Assembly (NCBI GenBank): GCA_011109175.1
Contig: RDEW01000031.1
Coordinates: 655,542 to 719,541 of the forward strand
DNA: 64,000 bases
Origin: Dicyema japonicum
Lineage: Eukaryota > Animalia > Dicyemida
Reading direction: 5' to 3'
Made by a program: the position numbers and the translations under genes. Positions 26,200 through 39,862 of this stretch are shown one piece after another. Every line of letters begins with the position of its first letter. Position 1 is the first letter of the stretch. The notes under the pieces were generated by a model. That model saw only the letters and a program-made list of their open reading frames with translations, was not told where the DNA came from and searched no databases.

Positions 26200-28400
26200 A
26201 TTGTGTCAACTGACCCAAAAGAATAAACGAGGCAGGTAACCAGGGGGTACGTAGCAGGCTATTCTGAATGCCCTGGAATGGCTGGCCATACTTTGGAGAG
26301 CTCTGCAGTAGCAGATTCAGTACTGCTATGTTTGTGAGTGAGCTCAAGAAAATGACCATAAAAAAATTAGGGTCAGAGGAGGAGTACTGGTCTATAGGGG
26401 TGTGGACTTGATGGTTACAGTTTTCAAATAGAGCAAGAGCAGCACAGCTGTGACATGTTGCAGCTCAAGCATGTTTATGAGGTCTTCGCTCGGAATCTCG
26501 CTGCAGTGGCAGATGTCCCCCTTGAAGACAGTATAGTTACCCGTGAAATCCCTCATGTATGGTTAACGGAAGGATGTTAACCTGCATCAATAAGATTGTG
26601 GCTAATGTAGTGGAGGCTAAGCCAGTAGGGTCATTGTGTGACATCTGCCTAGTGCTGTATGCATTACAGATCCTGGACAAACCTAGACCACCCAGTAAAT
26701 AGAGTGAACAGATCTGTTCTAATATTGCTTGGAAAAGTTGGAAGCACTGGAAGGGTACATGATTAGTTTGGCAAAAGGGGTAAAGAGAAAAGTACAGTTA
26801 GTAAGAGGGTTACTTACTAAACGCCATGTTCTCAAATAGGACCTCAAATAATTAAGGACAGTATTGATGGAGTGAAGGAGGTAATAATTATGTACAGCAG
26901 GAAACTATGTACCCATGAAAATCGGTGTAAGAATAGGAGAGAAAATAATTTGTTTGAATTTAATTGCAGATTGTTTTACCGACGTCTACACAAAAATGGC
27001 AATAGTGCATGTTCCAAGTGGGACGTGGAAATGCTTTCTACATGGGGTATTTTGTGGGAGGCTAAACTTCGCAGAAGAAATGCGTGGAATGTCTAAATCC
27101 TGGCAGAATCCTGCGAAGTTTTTGATTTTTGCATGAAATAGGTCAATGCAATTCTATCCGAGAATCAGTTACCCAATGTGCGAAATTTTCAAAGGACAAA
27201 AGAACAGACTTTGATCAACTAGTGTTTTTTTGTATCATAAAAACTCACTTTTGTTTGGTGGGTATGAAGAAGGCTTATGATCATTCTTACCTTGTGGAGT
27301 GCCTACACAGGCTGTGTATGCTTTTCATTAGCTTTGTAGTTGATGAATAGGTGAAGTATTCATCAAAACTATAATAGGCACCAAATAAACGAATTAAGAC
27401 TCAAGGGGGATAGCATGTCTCTGCTAGTCTTTGTTCTCGGTTTGTAGTCAGTAAGCCGTCACTTAATCGTTTGAGCAAATACCAGTTCACTATGAGGGTT
27501 GTTTGTTTTAGTACAAACCGCCTTGCTTTTATTGCTGACCTGAAGATGTATGCTCGAACACTCGAGGACCTCTACTCCATAGGTGTCTGTGCTGTGAGTT
27601 ATTTGAGAGTATAGGGACTTGAACTATTCAAATTCTGAGACTATGTAGCGAAATAGTAAGAGTCTTAGAGGAACATGAAAGATATAAATATCTTGGTATT
27701 ACCCAAACTCCAAAATATAGTAAGAAATCACCTAGACACTATCAGATCTTTTTAGTCTGCTAAGTATGGTGTTGATGATGGTGGGCTAGTAAATTTGAAG
27801 GCGTTGATCGAATTCCGATAAAACAATTTGATTGAAAGGATCAACTTAAAAAGCCTTCAGAGTATTGGACGTCGACAACATGGCTAAGATACGGTGAAAA
27901 CTCACCTCGATCGGAGACATTGTACACGCATATGCAAGATTGAAATATTTTTGGGGGTCTATCAGCATACATGTCCTCATTTATGTCAAGGAACATATCG
28001 GTTGATCATTTAGCAACTCTGTGCGATTCCATTCTCTGCCACGACTATGTGTGTAGGCATAACGAGGTAGTAAACAGTCTTCATCCCCTAATATGCAATA
28101 AGTATGATATTCTCCAGAACCAGAAAATAAGGTGCAATCTATAGTAAAGAATACCAGTGGCCAAATCAAGGTAGACAGTTCTATCACTAAGCTCCAGGCC
28201 TACCTACAGTCCACTGTTTTAAAGCAAACACTAGACTGGCTTACACTGGAGCAGAGCCTGGAGATGCCATACAGATAGAGTGCTCAATTAGACAATTCGC
28301 TATCAGAATCGAACAAGCCTGAGGAGGCTGGCGAACGAGGAAGGTTGCTAATGGTAATAATATTAACTTTTTGGTTGATTGTATAAATAAATTTAGTATG
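26200..28400 (+). mobile_element. Degenerate R4/Dong-like retrotransposon
   Basis: Colinear with 43100-45790 (ILSENQL, KKAYDHSYLVECL, FIADLKMYART, CHDYVCRHNEV). Shares its 3' UTR (gaggctggcgaac...attaactttt). Confidence 0.8.
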
Positions 28401-28461
28401 AATAAATAAATTTAAAATAATTAATCTAAAATTATTTGAATAGTTATCAGTAAAATCAATA

Positions 28462-29335
28462 ATGCAATCTGTCGACGTGTCTGATCTTATGACTAAAATT
28501 CAAGCTTTGAAAACAGAGCGAGATTACTTCAAAGAAACAGTAAGAAACATGACTGAGGAGGTTCTCTCGAAACAGAATGAAATTAGCTTGGTCAACCAAT
28601 CTAGTAACCAATAGAGGGAACTTGAACTGAATATCGTCAGATCTCGCATTGAAAATTTAAAAGAGAGTAACGAAACCACCGAAAATTTACTTAAAAACAA
28701 TATTACAACCTACAAAGAGATGTACCTACAGTATGAGACAAGCGAGAGGTTCCAAGTGCTTTATTTTCCAGGGAACGTCGCTCTCTTGATGAAAAAAACG
28801 AAAAATTGGAGGCCGAGAACTCTAGAATGACTTCAGAACTGAAGAGACTGAAGTATCTCAATGAGGAGTTAGACAACGGCCTTGAAATTGTACTCGTGTT
28901 TCTTCAAGTAAGGGCCGAAGGAATAAGGAAATATTTGAGAGCAATACTAACCGCCTTGAAGGGATCGTGGAAACCAGGAAGAGGTTGAGAAGATCTATTA
29001 ACCTTAAGGGATTTACAGAAGATTTCTTCTGAACTCGACGACCTTTGCCGGGATCTCAATTCATCGAACCTTACCTTTGAAATTGTTTTTTGGTAGCTGA
29101 TGTAGGTTTCTGATAGCGTGGAGAGTATGATAGAGCATGTGTGTAGACTCAGAACTGAGGTTGGAGAGGTTGACTGGCTTAATTTGAAGTACGAGGAGAT
29201 GAATGGGAAAATGAAGGATGAGATTGCTGTTATGAAAGGTGTTTGTGTGTAACAAGTGTAGTGGAGGTTATAGATGAGAACATGTCTGTGGGGAGAATAC
29301 AGGATATGTTGTCTAATAATGTGAGGACTATTTAA
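28462..29335 (+). CDS. Uncharacterised coiled-coil protein (about 240 aa)
   Basis: Six GT-AG introns of 23-25 nt join heptad-rich exons from MQSVDVSDLMTKIQ to NNVRTI*. No family recognised. Confidence 0.65.
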
Positions 29336-30009
29336 GTGATTTGTTTTTTTAATTAATATTATAACTATATTAGTACTAATGTTTTAACTACGTGGTTATT
29401 CTTACGGTGATCAGAATTCGCACAAAAACCTATTGGCCGGAGAACCGATGGAACCTACATCCAACACCAAAAAATAGTGATTTCAGAGACGCCCCTTTTC
29501 TCTAGAAACCATTTTTCTTTTACTATGCTCTTTCCTTGCAGCCTATTCTAATAATCTTTAAGAGAATGGGCTCCACCAAACGCATGTATAGAAGATGTAT
29601 AGTTCGATGCACTCTCTGTAGACAGAATTCCTGACTGGATGTTTTCCCCACTCTATAGGGGGCAAGTTATTAAGATATGCTCACTTTTTTCTCGATGTTG
29701 TTTCATCATAGATAAGATCTATACTAGCGATCATAATGTTATATTGACTTGGAGCGCACGTGATTTAATTGATGGCAGCGCCTGTCAAGTTTATCTTTGA
29801 TCATAATTGAAAAGAAATTCCTGACAAGTGAGGTGAAATCAGCTGTGGTACTGACTTTTGTTGACAGTAAAGGAACGATTGGACATGAAAGTAAGTTACT
29901 TTTTTGTTTATTGTTTAATAAAATAGTGATACATCTTACTTGATGTTTTATTTATTCACTCTTATGTATGACAACTTTATTTTAGTCACGATTTTTAAGT
30001 TAATTATAA

Positions 30010-31210
30010 GTATGCTTACCATCCGCCCTGGATTAGCCGACAGTCTCTAATTTGTAACCTTGTCCCAAATTTTGTCGCGGATTTAAGAGTTCCAGAATGT
30101 CCCGGATTATCATAGTTATTATTATTCAGTAGTGTGGGAATGGAAAACTAATAATTACGAATTAAATTGAATGCATGTTTGTAAATAATCTAATGAGAAG
30201 AGTGTTCAAATTCCTATTTTTATATTTTTTTAACAATAAAATATTATTTATTAACTATGGGGAAGAGCGGCTGCTGACATCACGGAGTAAGCGATTCCGC
30301 GAACAACTGCGATACCAATTCTTTGCCTCAGCCAGACCGCTTCCCGCACGTCTTTCTTGCGGTGGGCCAATTTTCCCCCGATTTTCTTTAGGAAAGAGGC
30401 TGTAATACGTACAGCCGCACCAGACGTCTCGATTGCTCAATTTCTCGATTGGTCTCCAATTTCGCCGTATTTTTTAATCTTGATTTTCTCGGCCAGATCG
30501 GCTGCCGATCCAGCAGACTGCGCCGAGCTGAGCATCATCGAGTTCGAGAAAGAATCCACAACAGTGCAGTCCCATACGAGCGATTTTCCCTCAGTGAACG
30601 GAAAGATAATTAACCCATCCGGTCTTTTCCCATCTCCACGGTCCAATCCCACAGGTTCCAGTACTGCCGGGAAGCCTGCCGCTTCGAGAGCTCGCAAGAC
30701 AATGTTGTTCATAGCAGCATGGCGGGGTGCTCTGCCCGCGCTCCTTTTGCACGAGAGCGGGTGCAGCCCTTTGGCATCGACGATCCCTCCACAGCGACAT
30801 TGGTGTTCGAGGCAAACATCAGCTCCCAGGCGTTGTGCGATTCCAATCCGAATACAGTCATCGTCCAATAGGGTCCCCAGGGAAGAACACAGGAGTGCAT
30901 CCAACCACGCTCCGCTCCCATGGTTTTCATAGCAGCATTTCATAGCAGCATGGCTTTTTTATTAAAATTATATTTTTTGCACTATTGTTCCTGTAGAAAG
31001 AATATTTTCAATTATGAATTCTACTTGGTAGAAAGAGGTCGAATGGAAGAAGAAACCTTCAAATCATTAGAGTTGTAAATTGATTATTTTGAAAAAATCA
31101 ATTTTTCTAGATAAAGTTCATTCAAATCATAAATAAAATCGAATTTCTAAGTTAATTTTCTTGTTTTTCTGTGAAATTTTATTGTCCCAAATTCCCGGAT
31201 TCGGATTATC
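30010..31210 (+). mobile_element. hAT (Blackjack-like) remnant interrupted by a CRE copy
   Basis: Subterminal tgtccc/cccggatt motifs at both ends. hATC-like PVERIFSIMNSTW at about 30985-31030. Confidence 0.5.
30231..30954 (-). mobile_element. CRE-like 5'-truncated copy
   Basis: GSGAWLDAL..LGTLLDDDCIRIG, CxC..H..C, RPDG..LVWDCT. Near-identical to 57324-58105 with a small internal deletion. Confidence 0.9.
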
Positions 31211-32089
31211 AAAACAAATAAATGTTCCAGATTTCTAGAATAATAAGCTTAGTTATAAGGGGCATTATTATTATACAATCTCCGAGCAACATGACGCTTT
31301 GGCACGCCGACGCTCCCATGTATTCGTATGAGCAAGTTTCAAATAGATGGTATTTTTTATTAACTGATATTTTTAGAACGACAATGCTCATTGTTCCACG
31401 ATTTTTTAGTTAAATAATGGGAACCCTATCAGTTACGAAAGTTATAGTTGTTCTATTCTGTTTTATTAATTTTTGTAAAATATGTTGATTCTCCTTTTTG
31501 TATTAAAGTTGTACTCTTCTGTATTTTTTCGTCGACACAAAATATGTTTAAGTGAAAACACTTTGGTTCATTTATCTCTCCGGGTTTTATCTAATGCTTT
31601 AGAGTTCGAATCCCGAGTTTCATTTCTTTCGTAAGCCGGTTAATCCTTATAAGGCGATTTCTTTAGACAATGGAATTTTTCCATGTCAACTATCGGTCTT
31701 ACAATTGCCACCATGATAGAGCAGTTGATATAAGCACCACTTTGTCACTAGAAAATTAATCACTTAGATATAGGTTCCTCAAAAGATTGTCAGTAATTCA
31801 CCAATATTCACCAGTTTATATTTGAAGGGCCAAGAGACCCTCCTCCGAATGAAGGTTTCTTTTTTGAATTTGAGTAAATTGGATTCTTATTGACTTAACC
31901 AAAACAAAACATTTTGTTTCTAAGGACCTCATTGCTCAGGACAAGGGCAGCTTGTGTCGGCTATCACGAAATTAATTATGCTTTCTGGGACACTACAAGA
32001 AGCAATTTGTCACATCATCTTCTCTGTCAAGTTAATTGTATTAAATAAAAGAGAAGAATATGTGATTTTGGCTTGGTTTTCCGTCGGTT

Positions 32090-35050
32090 AGTCTTATTTT
32101 GGTTGAGCTGGTGACGTGGCTCTATTGCACACATGTCTTTTTCGTGCTTTTCTTCGGGATCTATCACTCGTTCAATGTAAGAGGATCAAAGAAAAAATTT
32201 AACCGTGGATTTTGGATCGTACAATGTAACCGTTGCGTGCTTACAGGAAACGAAAGTAAAAGGCTGACTAGACAAAATCAACAATGATTTCCTCCTGATT
32301 CTGCACCCTTCGAATTGCCCACACTACGGCATGGGATTTGCAATACAAAAAGAACTGAACAATCGAATCCACAAGGCGTGGAGGGTGAGCGATAGAATGT
32401 GTGTTTTACAATTAAAATACGGTGAAAGGAACAATTCCATAATCTCCATTATTAATGTATATACACCAACTTCGGTGAGAGTATCAATCAATGGAGACGA
32501 ACTAGACGACTTCTATTCCTCCCTGTCGCAACTATATGCATCTTTGGAAACATCGTTCATGACATACATCGCCGGAGATTGGAACGCAAAGGCAGGACGT
32601 GGGAGTAGTCACGAAGAATTCATGGGAAGCCATGGAAGGGGGATCAGGAACCATTCAGGAGAATCGCTTATCGAATTTTGCAATACATTCAAACTATTTC
32701 TATGCAACACTGCTTTCAGGCACTCAGCAAGACATAAGACGACATGGAGCTGCTACCGAAAGGACAAATCTGGGACTATCAAGCCTATATATAACCAAAT
32801 AGATTACATTATCTGCAAACAAGCCTACAAGGCACTGCTAACAGATTCTCGGAGCTACAGTGGGACACTAGTCGATAGTGATCACAGATTGGTTGTGTCA
32901 AGTTTTTTTTCAAACGATATTTTGAGGTTTCCAAAGCGGCTGGCATGAAGACATCTGAAGGGAGGTTCGGAGTGGAGCAACTCTGCATGGTGAAACCGAC
33001 TCGGGAAAGCTATCAAAATACATTGAGAGAAAAGATCAGACAGTGGAATAAAGAAAAAATGCCTGGGGAACTGTGGCAAGACACCATCGATGCAATAAAG
33101 TGCGCGGCCCATTCAACAGTTGGAGTAAAACCGAAGCATTTCAACGGACACTATGACCACGAGCTTGAAGAACTATCCAAATTGCAGAGGAACCTACGTT
33201 TACAGGTCGAAACCTGTCAGGACCAGGCAAAAGAACACACTCTAAGAGTCATGCGGAACAAAACCCTGTATAAAATAAAGAAAAGAACGATGGAAATAAA
33301 GGATAATAAACTTGTTGGAATGGCTAAAGAAATAGAAAGACTCCAAAATGGAGCGCAAATGTTCAAGGCTGTTCACCTACTACATAGAGACACGCAGTCA
33401 TCAAAAATCACAATACATGATCAGTTTGGAAAGACTATGTTAAACAAAAATGAAATTTTATATATCCAGCCATTATCAGCTTATTTTTTTTCATTTTCGT
33501 TCATCAGCAGGACTTCAATCAAAACCACGGGAAAACATCCAACAATTCGATGGTGAAGCACGAGAACTAAATATTCCGATAACGATTCTGGAAACAAAAA
33601 AAAGCCTTGGACAAACTAAACAACAATAGAGCTGCTGGCTTTAACAACATAAATGCAGAACTTCTCAAATATGCACCGACCGAGATCTCTGAACTATTAA
33701 CTGAGATATACAACAAAACATTCAAATACAACTCACCCCTGGATGTGGGTAATGGCACAATAATTGCATTACAAAAACCGGGCAAAGCTAACGAATTTAA
33801 GACCCATCGTACTATTGACGACTCTACGCAAGACACTATCACTTATAGTGCAGAATAGGATTGGACCTGGCATCGAAAACTTTCTCTCTCACGTTCAAGT
33901 GGATTCAGGTCAGGGAAATCTAAAGCTGATGTGGTCTGTGTGCAACACATCAAAAGTACAAGGGGGCTACTGGCATCCTTGGTATGGACATGTCCAAAGC
34001 CTTTGACTCTATACACAGAGAGAGACTTTTGGATATCTTGGAGAAGTTGGTTGACAGGACAGTGTCAGAATGATCCGTCTATTACTTGGAACAACGCAGC
34101 TAAGTGTACGTTTTGGAAATTTGGAGTCTGTCCCATTCGAGACAACGTTCGGGGTACCGCAGGGAGATTCCTTGTCACCGGTACTTTTTGTGACATATCT
34201 GGAGGCGGCACTCAGAAACTTCAGACTATTAATTGGCGATCTACCTCAAACTGAAGTGATTTATGCAGATATCGACTATATATCCAGCGACGAATAAACA
34301 TTAAACTATATACGGACAAGGATGCCAGATGTCCTAGAAAAATGGTTCATCAAAATCAATACGGAAAAGACGGAGACAACTACCATACGCCGTGAATTAA
34401 CCCGAATTTATGAAAAATGGAGATACTGTATAAAATTGGTGTCGTTGCTCGGAGACGCTGAAGATATCACTAACAGGAAGAGGCCTTTAGAAAAATGGGA
34501 GTAGTCTGGAATCATCGTAAACAAATTAGCACACAATTACGTGTAAGACTATACAATGCCTTCGTGAAACCAGTCCTAGTGTACAACGCTGCAACCTGGG
34601 GTGTCTCAGAAGCGATGATGGACAAATTAGATGCCTTCCATCGTAAACAACTCCGACTGTTGCTTGGCATCAACTGGCCAAAAAAATTACAAACAAGAAT
34701 CTATAAAAAGTATGTAATACAAGACCATTGAGTCTGAATATCCTGGAATCAAGATGGCGTCTATTTGGTCACATCCTTCGGATGAGCCAGATGACGCCTG
34801 CTAAAATAGCAATGGAGAACTATTTCTGCCCAGAAGTGAATACCTCGTTCCGTGGAAGACCTCGCATAACTTTGCCAGAGGTTCTACACAAGGACCTGAC
34901 CAATGTTAGACGAAAGCTGAAAACAGGAGATGATTTGGATACGCTCAGAATAATTGCCAGTAACCGTGGAGCATGGAGGAAGTTAGTTAAGAGAATTGTG
35001 GGAGAAAGAATAACCTGAAGAAAAATACGGCACAAGCGGAACCTTAAATA
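32090..35050 (+). mobile_element. RTE-clade LINE, near full length, frameshifted
   Basis: APE (CLQETK, NVYTPT, GDWNAK, NQIDYI, SDHRLV). RT (RPIVLL, DMSKAFD, PQGDSLSP, YAD). C-terminus RWRLFGHILRM, RGRPRITL, RGAWRKL. Confidence 0.92.
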
Positions 35051-35134
35051 AATTACATTTTTGGTTTTTCGAAAGTGCTATTAATATTTTTTTATTAAAT
35101 TTATTATTTTATTATAAGGAAAAAGAATAGTTAA

Positions 35135-36800
35135 TTTTAATTATTCAGCTGTTGGGAGATGCATAAGCTATTCCCACGGACAACAGCCAACGAGAGCCTC
35201 TCCTTGAGCCATCTCGTCTCACGAAGATCACCAGTTTTGTCGGATAGTAGTTTTCCAAGATGATTCAGGAACTTCAGCGTTTTAGGGCCAAAGTTCCCCG
35301 AAGTTTCAATCGCGACAGGTGCGAAAATGTACCTGTCGCTGATATCCGAATACTTAGCATTTTTCATTTCCTCTGCTTGAGAAGAAGGTCTGCCCGGTGA
35401 ATTATTTTTTTTGCTTGGGGCGAAAGAGCAGACACAGGTCACATCCCATACAAGGTTTCGCCCTCGCTCGAAAGGAAAGGAGGTCATGCCGTCAGGGCGT
35501 CTTCCGTTGTCAAATAGACCAGTCGGTTCGATCCGGCAACGGAATCCAGCCGATTCTAATGCCCTCTTAATGATGCCGTTCATTGCCGAATGTCGAGAAG
35601 ATCTGCCAATTCCGCTCCGGCATGAGAGGAGGTGGAGACCCAGTTCGTCCGATAGACAGCCACATTTGCACTTCGATTTGGTGCAAACAGGCAATCCGAG
35701 GTATAGACACACAGCTGTACGAAGGGAGTCATCATCCAACAATCCACCAACTTCTTGACATGGGTAAACCCCAAGCCAAAATCCATCAACCGCATCACTC
35801 GAATTTTGGAAACAGTCCAGGCGATGTCCAGAGAGCCGGCTGACTAGGTTGGATGCCAGAGCATTCCATCTATGGATCATCCAAGACGATTGTTGGTCTG
35901 GATTACGCGGCTCTCTAAGCCCTTCGCTCCGCCACACGTCCATGTATTCAACCAAGTCATTGGACAGTTTCCGAGTCCAGGCGATGTCCAGAGAGCCGGC
36001 TGACTAGGTTGGATGCCAGAGCATTCCATCTATGGATCATCCAAGACGATTGTTGGTCTGGATTACGCGGCTCTCTAAGCCCTTCGCTCCGCCACACGTC
36101 CATGTATTCAACCAAGTCATTGGACAGTTTCCGAGATGGACCTTTGAAAGAATTGAGTCCACTTGGTTTTTGCATGAAAGTTTTGAGGCAAAATACGCCG
36201 GGCCAGCAATTTGGCAGGGAGTAGTAAGACCGATTCCACCCAATGATATCGGTAATTGAGTCTGTATCCATCCAGGGGTGTCAAGGGAAACGTTAAGTAC
36301 GAATTCAGTACATCTTTTGAGGCAATCAGAGTATTCCATTAAAAGGGAATCACACTTATAACATGGTGCAGTCCTTAGTAAATAGTTTAATCTTGGAATG
36401 GACAAGCAGTTTCTCAATAGGAAGAGGGCAATATGGTTGTCAACATGCCGCAAAAGGGTCTCAAAAGTACCGAGCTCTATTGTCCTTTCTTTAAACACGT
36501 CCACAATTCGGTCTTCGAATATAGGAGAACCAAGGAACAGAGACTCCCCAACTGGAACCGATGCATAATTTTCGAGAGTGTATTTAAACTGGTCATTGTA
36601 GAAAGTAGTCAGATCGGGACTCAAATTGATCTTGATTAATTCACATTTGGCCTTGTTGACAGAAAGGGCAATCGCTTCGAATTCAGATATCAAACGACGC
36701 ACGTCCTCCAAAACTGTATCTGGATGTCCACCAATGATTCCGTCATTAATAATAATAGTCTTAAAATGCTTTTTTGAAATTTTAGTCTCATCCACAATTA
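35135..36800 (-). mobile_element. CRE-like element, RT C-terminal half plus RLE
   Basis: LRNCLSIPRLNYLLR, LPISLGGIG, CKCGC..H..SC, RHSAMN, RPDG..LVWDVTC, FAPVAIETSG, SLAVVRGN. Frameshift near 36140 and a 160-bp tandem duplication. Confidence 0.92.
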
Positions 36801-36859
36801 AAAATACATTTCTTCTACTAAAAATATCTTTAATTCTCGTAATTTGATTTGAAATAAGT

Positions 36860-38050
36860 TAATGTTCCTTTATTTCAACAGTAACTTTCAGATCAACCTC
36901 GGATCTAGTGTGGAGCTACAAGTGGAGGTTCACAAAAGTCCACAAATTTGGGTGATAACGTTTATTGTTGGGATTAATACGTCAAATTATTAGATTTGTC
37001 AAAACCGTTACAAATCCTTTAGGAATTCCTACAGTCAGGTTAAATAGGACATTCCTGACGGCTTCGTATCTGACTGTGGAAATCAAAGGAGCCTCCACAA
37101 GACGACTTGGACAACATTGGTACCCCCAAAGAGAACAATTATCTCATATTTTGTTTGTCACCTATCTTGAGGCAGCTTTTCTGGATCTCTCTGAGGGAAG
37201 AACATAGAGTATAAATGATTTCATTTCAAATGGTAAAGAAGCAGTTACCTCTTTATTGGAGAAAGTACCGGGAAAATAGTTGAATAGTTCCTAACAGTAA
37301 ACCTTGACAAAACCGAAATCACAAAAGGGAGAAGCGAGGACGGAGGATTACTGAGGCAAAGCCAAAAAGCTTGGCTCTCTTCTCAAAGACAACAAAAGCA
37401 TAACAAAAAACTGGTAAATTCCGTACTGCAAAAAATCAAGAAAACTTGATTTACCCATAAAAGACTCACGTGGATACAAGAGTCTGTATGCACTTGTGAA
37501 ACTCATACTTTTATACAATGTGGGTACTTGGGTCTGTTAATGATATGAACTCGGAAAGCTGAACTCTTCGCATATATACATTTCTAGAACCACTNACCCA
37601 AAAAGTTGGGCTCTGTCTTCGAAGACAAAAAAAACATAACAAAAAAACTGGTAAATTCCGTACTGCACAAGATCAAGAAAACCTGATTCACCAGTAAATG
37701 GCTAACGTGGATACAAGAGTGTGTATGCACTTGTTAAACTCATACTTTTATATAATGTGGGTACTTGGGTCTGTTAATGATATGAACTCGGAAAGCTGAA
37801 CTCTTCGCATATATACATTTCTAGAACCACTACAGATTCCCGTCCGACATTTTTTAAAAAGAGTTCGAGGAGCATGAGATTTCAGATGAGATTATGGAGG
37901 CAAGATGGAGGCTGTTTGGACAATACATCGTCTGGACCTATGACACAGCCAAACGTAGTCACGGAGGACTACATTTTTGTACGTTCCACGTTTTCGTTCT
38001 CATTTAATAGCAACCCTACCGGTCATCTTGAAACTGGATCATTTTTTGGT
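36860..38050 (+). mobile_element. Degenerate RTE remnant
   Basis: ILFVTYLEAA and IMEARWRLFG motifs. Includes an n-joined duplicate. Confidence 0.65.
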
Positions 38051-39280
38051 TTTCAGGTTTCAGAATAAGACGGATGTATGCAAGTTTCCACAATATCAGA
38101 ATAGAATTTATGTTAATTTATGGTTTTAGATTTTTATTGTGATTCCATTCATATATTTAGAGGCATCATGGAAATCTATTAGGGTTCTACTCTCATTACT
38201 AATTGTCTCTCATTGTTTACAGTAAATAGATTCTTGTTCTCTTTGATTTTTTGAGAATGAGGGATTTTCTTAATTATGGTCCTTTTTACGTGATATTTTA
38301 TTTATACAGGTCTTTTTGTGTATAGTTCTCCGTAGGGTTCTGTCTGCACTTGAAATGTGTCGACTTACCCTCTAAATTTCTGTTATGGACTGATTTTAGT
38401 TAAAGACAAACAAGACCCGAATCCATTTTGACGACTTTAAACTCTTTGGACAGACTTTTATAAATGAATTTATTAATTAGGGTTATTAAGCCATAACGAA
38501 ATGTTTCTACCACAATATAGATTTTGTTAGTTAATATAGGATATTCGATTAAAGAAGGTAATTAGCTGTAAATAACTGAATCGTATCCAGTCCACAAATT
38601 TGTAATTTAAGAAATTTTTCTCACAATAAAAGAATTCCTCCTCGATCTCCAATAGAGTTATGTCGTAAATGACCAACTAATTAAAATCAGGAAGAGAGAA
38701 AAATGTAATTGTTAAACAAATATCCATTGATAAAATTAGTAAATATTTACCGACAATAATTTATAAAATGACATATAAAATTAGTTTTATATTTTTATTT
38801 AATAGTGGTCAAGAGCTTTACTCTAAAAATCTATTTTATAAAGTGAATTATGATAAATTTAGATTAATAAATGTTTCACTTAAACTGGTGGAATCAAAAA
38901 ATATTTTTAAAACTATAAATGTAGTATTGATTTTTTGGACTGAATATTGTCTTATCAAAGATGTACGGCCTTAACAATAATTATAAAATTGGACAAAATA
39001 TAAGATTGTTGGCGCATCACAATCAGTTGTGGGATTAGTTTTCACGTGGATTACCTGCTGTGGAGAAAACTGCCTAAATTTGTAGCAAACAGTATTTCCC
39101 CTACCAAAAACTGCCAAATAGTTTGCTTGGTAAGGGAACAAGTTATCGTTGCCAGATTTCTTTAATAATATAGTTGAGAGGACTGTAATAAGAAATAAGC
39201 ATAAAATACCAAATACCACAAAAATTTATTTTGATAAAATTATCCAATTAAAAATAAAAATATATTTTAGTAAAATGTAG

Positions 39281-39862
39281 TCAGCTTTCCTTTTTAAGTC
39301 TGTCATGTTGAGCCAAAACATCAACAGGAATGAGTGCCCTCAAAGAGGCAATCTCCAAATAACCAAACAGACAACCTCTTCCAACAGGGCGGTCTTCTCA
39401 ACATTTTCCTCATGGGTCTTCATGATCACGCTAATCTCAGCAGTCACATCCCTTATGAGGTGTTCTTTCACCATATCCATGGCCCTCTCAATCCTTCGAC
39501 TGATTGATTCTTTCGGGGTAGAGCCATGGATGAGTCCATTTGATTGAAAGTTCTCCCCAATCCGATCATTGATCTTGGCTTCTTGGTTGGAAACCACAGG
39601 ATTCTACTTTGGTTAGATTTATGGATAAATTAATAAGGAAATTGTATACTGTTGCAGATTTATCAACTGTTTTTGTGGGTTCGAAGTAATCCACACATTT
39701 CCATCGTCCGTATGAGTGAGTTTTTAGGGTAATCACGGTAAATCGATTTGGAAGACCTTCGGTAGCTTTTGGATTTGTGTTCGAATGTTGGACGTCGATT
39801 ATTTTGTAGCATGTTGACTTTTTCCTAATATCGGGGGAATCCGACTTGGTACTGTGCTCCAT
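39281..39862 (-). CDS. TSC22D: TSC22 domain family protein (bunched/TSC22D-like)
   Basis: N-terminal motif NRFTVITL..YGRWKCVDYFE and TSC box SISRRIERAMDMVKEHL followed by a leucine zipper ending LLEEIASLRALIP. Introns of 46 and 23 nt. Confidence 0.85.

Noticed and set aside
30357-30945. GC-rich + strand ORFs (also at 35411-35843 and 57609-58221)
   Set aside because: Antisense shadows of CRE coding sequence.
31595-31620. gttcgaatccc, tRNA T-loop-like motif
   Set aside because: No pairing T-stem, D-arm or acceptor stem.
37330-37830. Direct repeat of about 250 bp
   Set aside because: An n sits at the junction; likely haplotype or scaffold overlap.
38050-39230. Possible membrane-protein gene (also at 59400-60400, 18100-19150 and 51400-52300)
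   Set aside because: I could not build a consistent spliced frame or recognise motifs; left unannotated.
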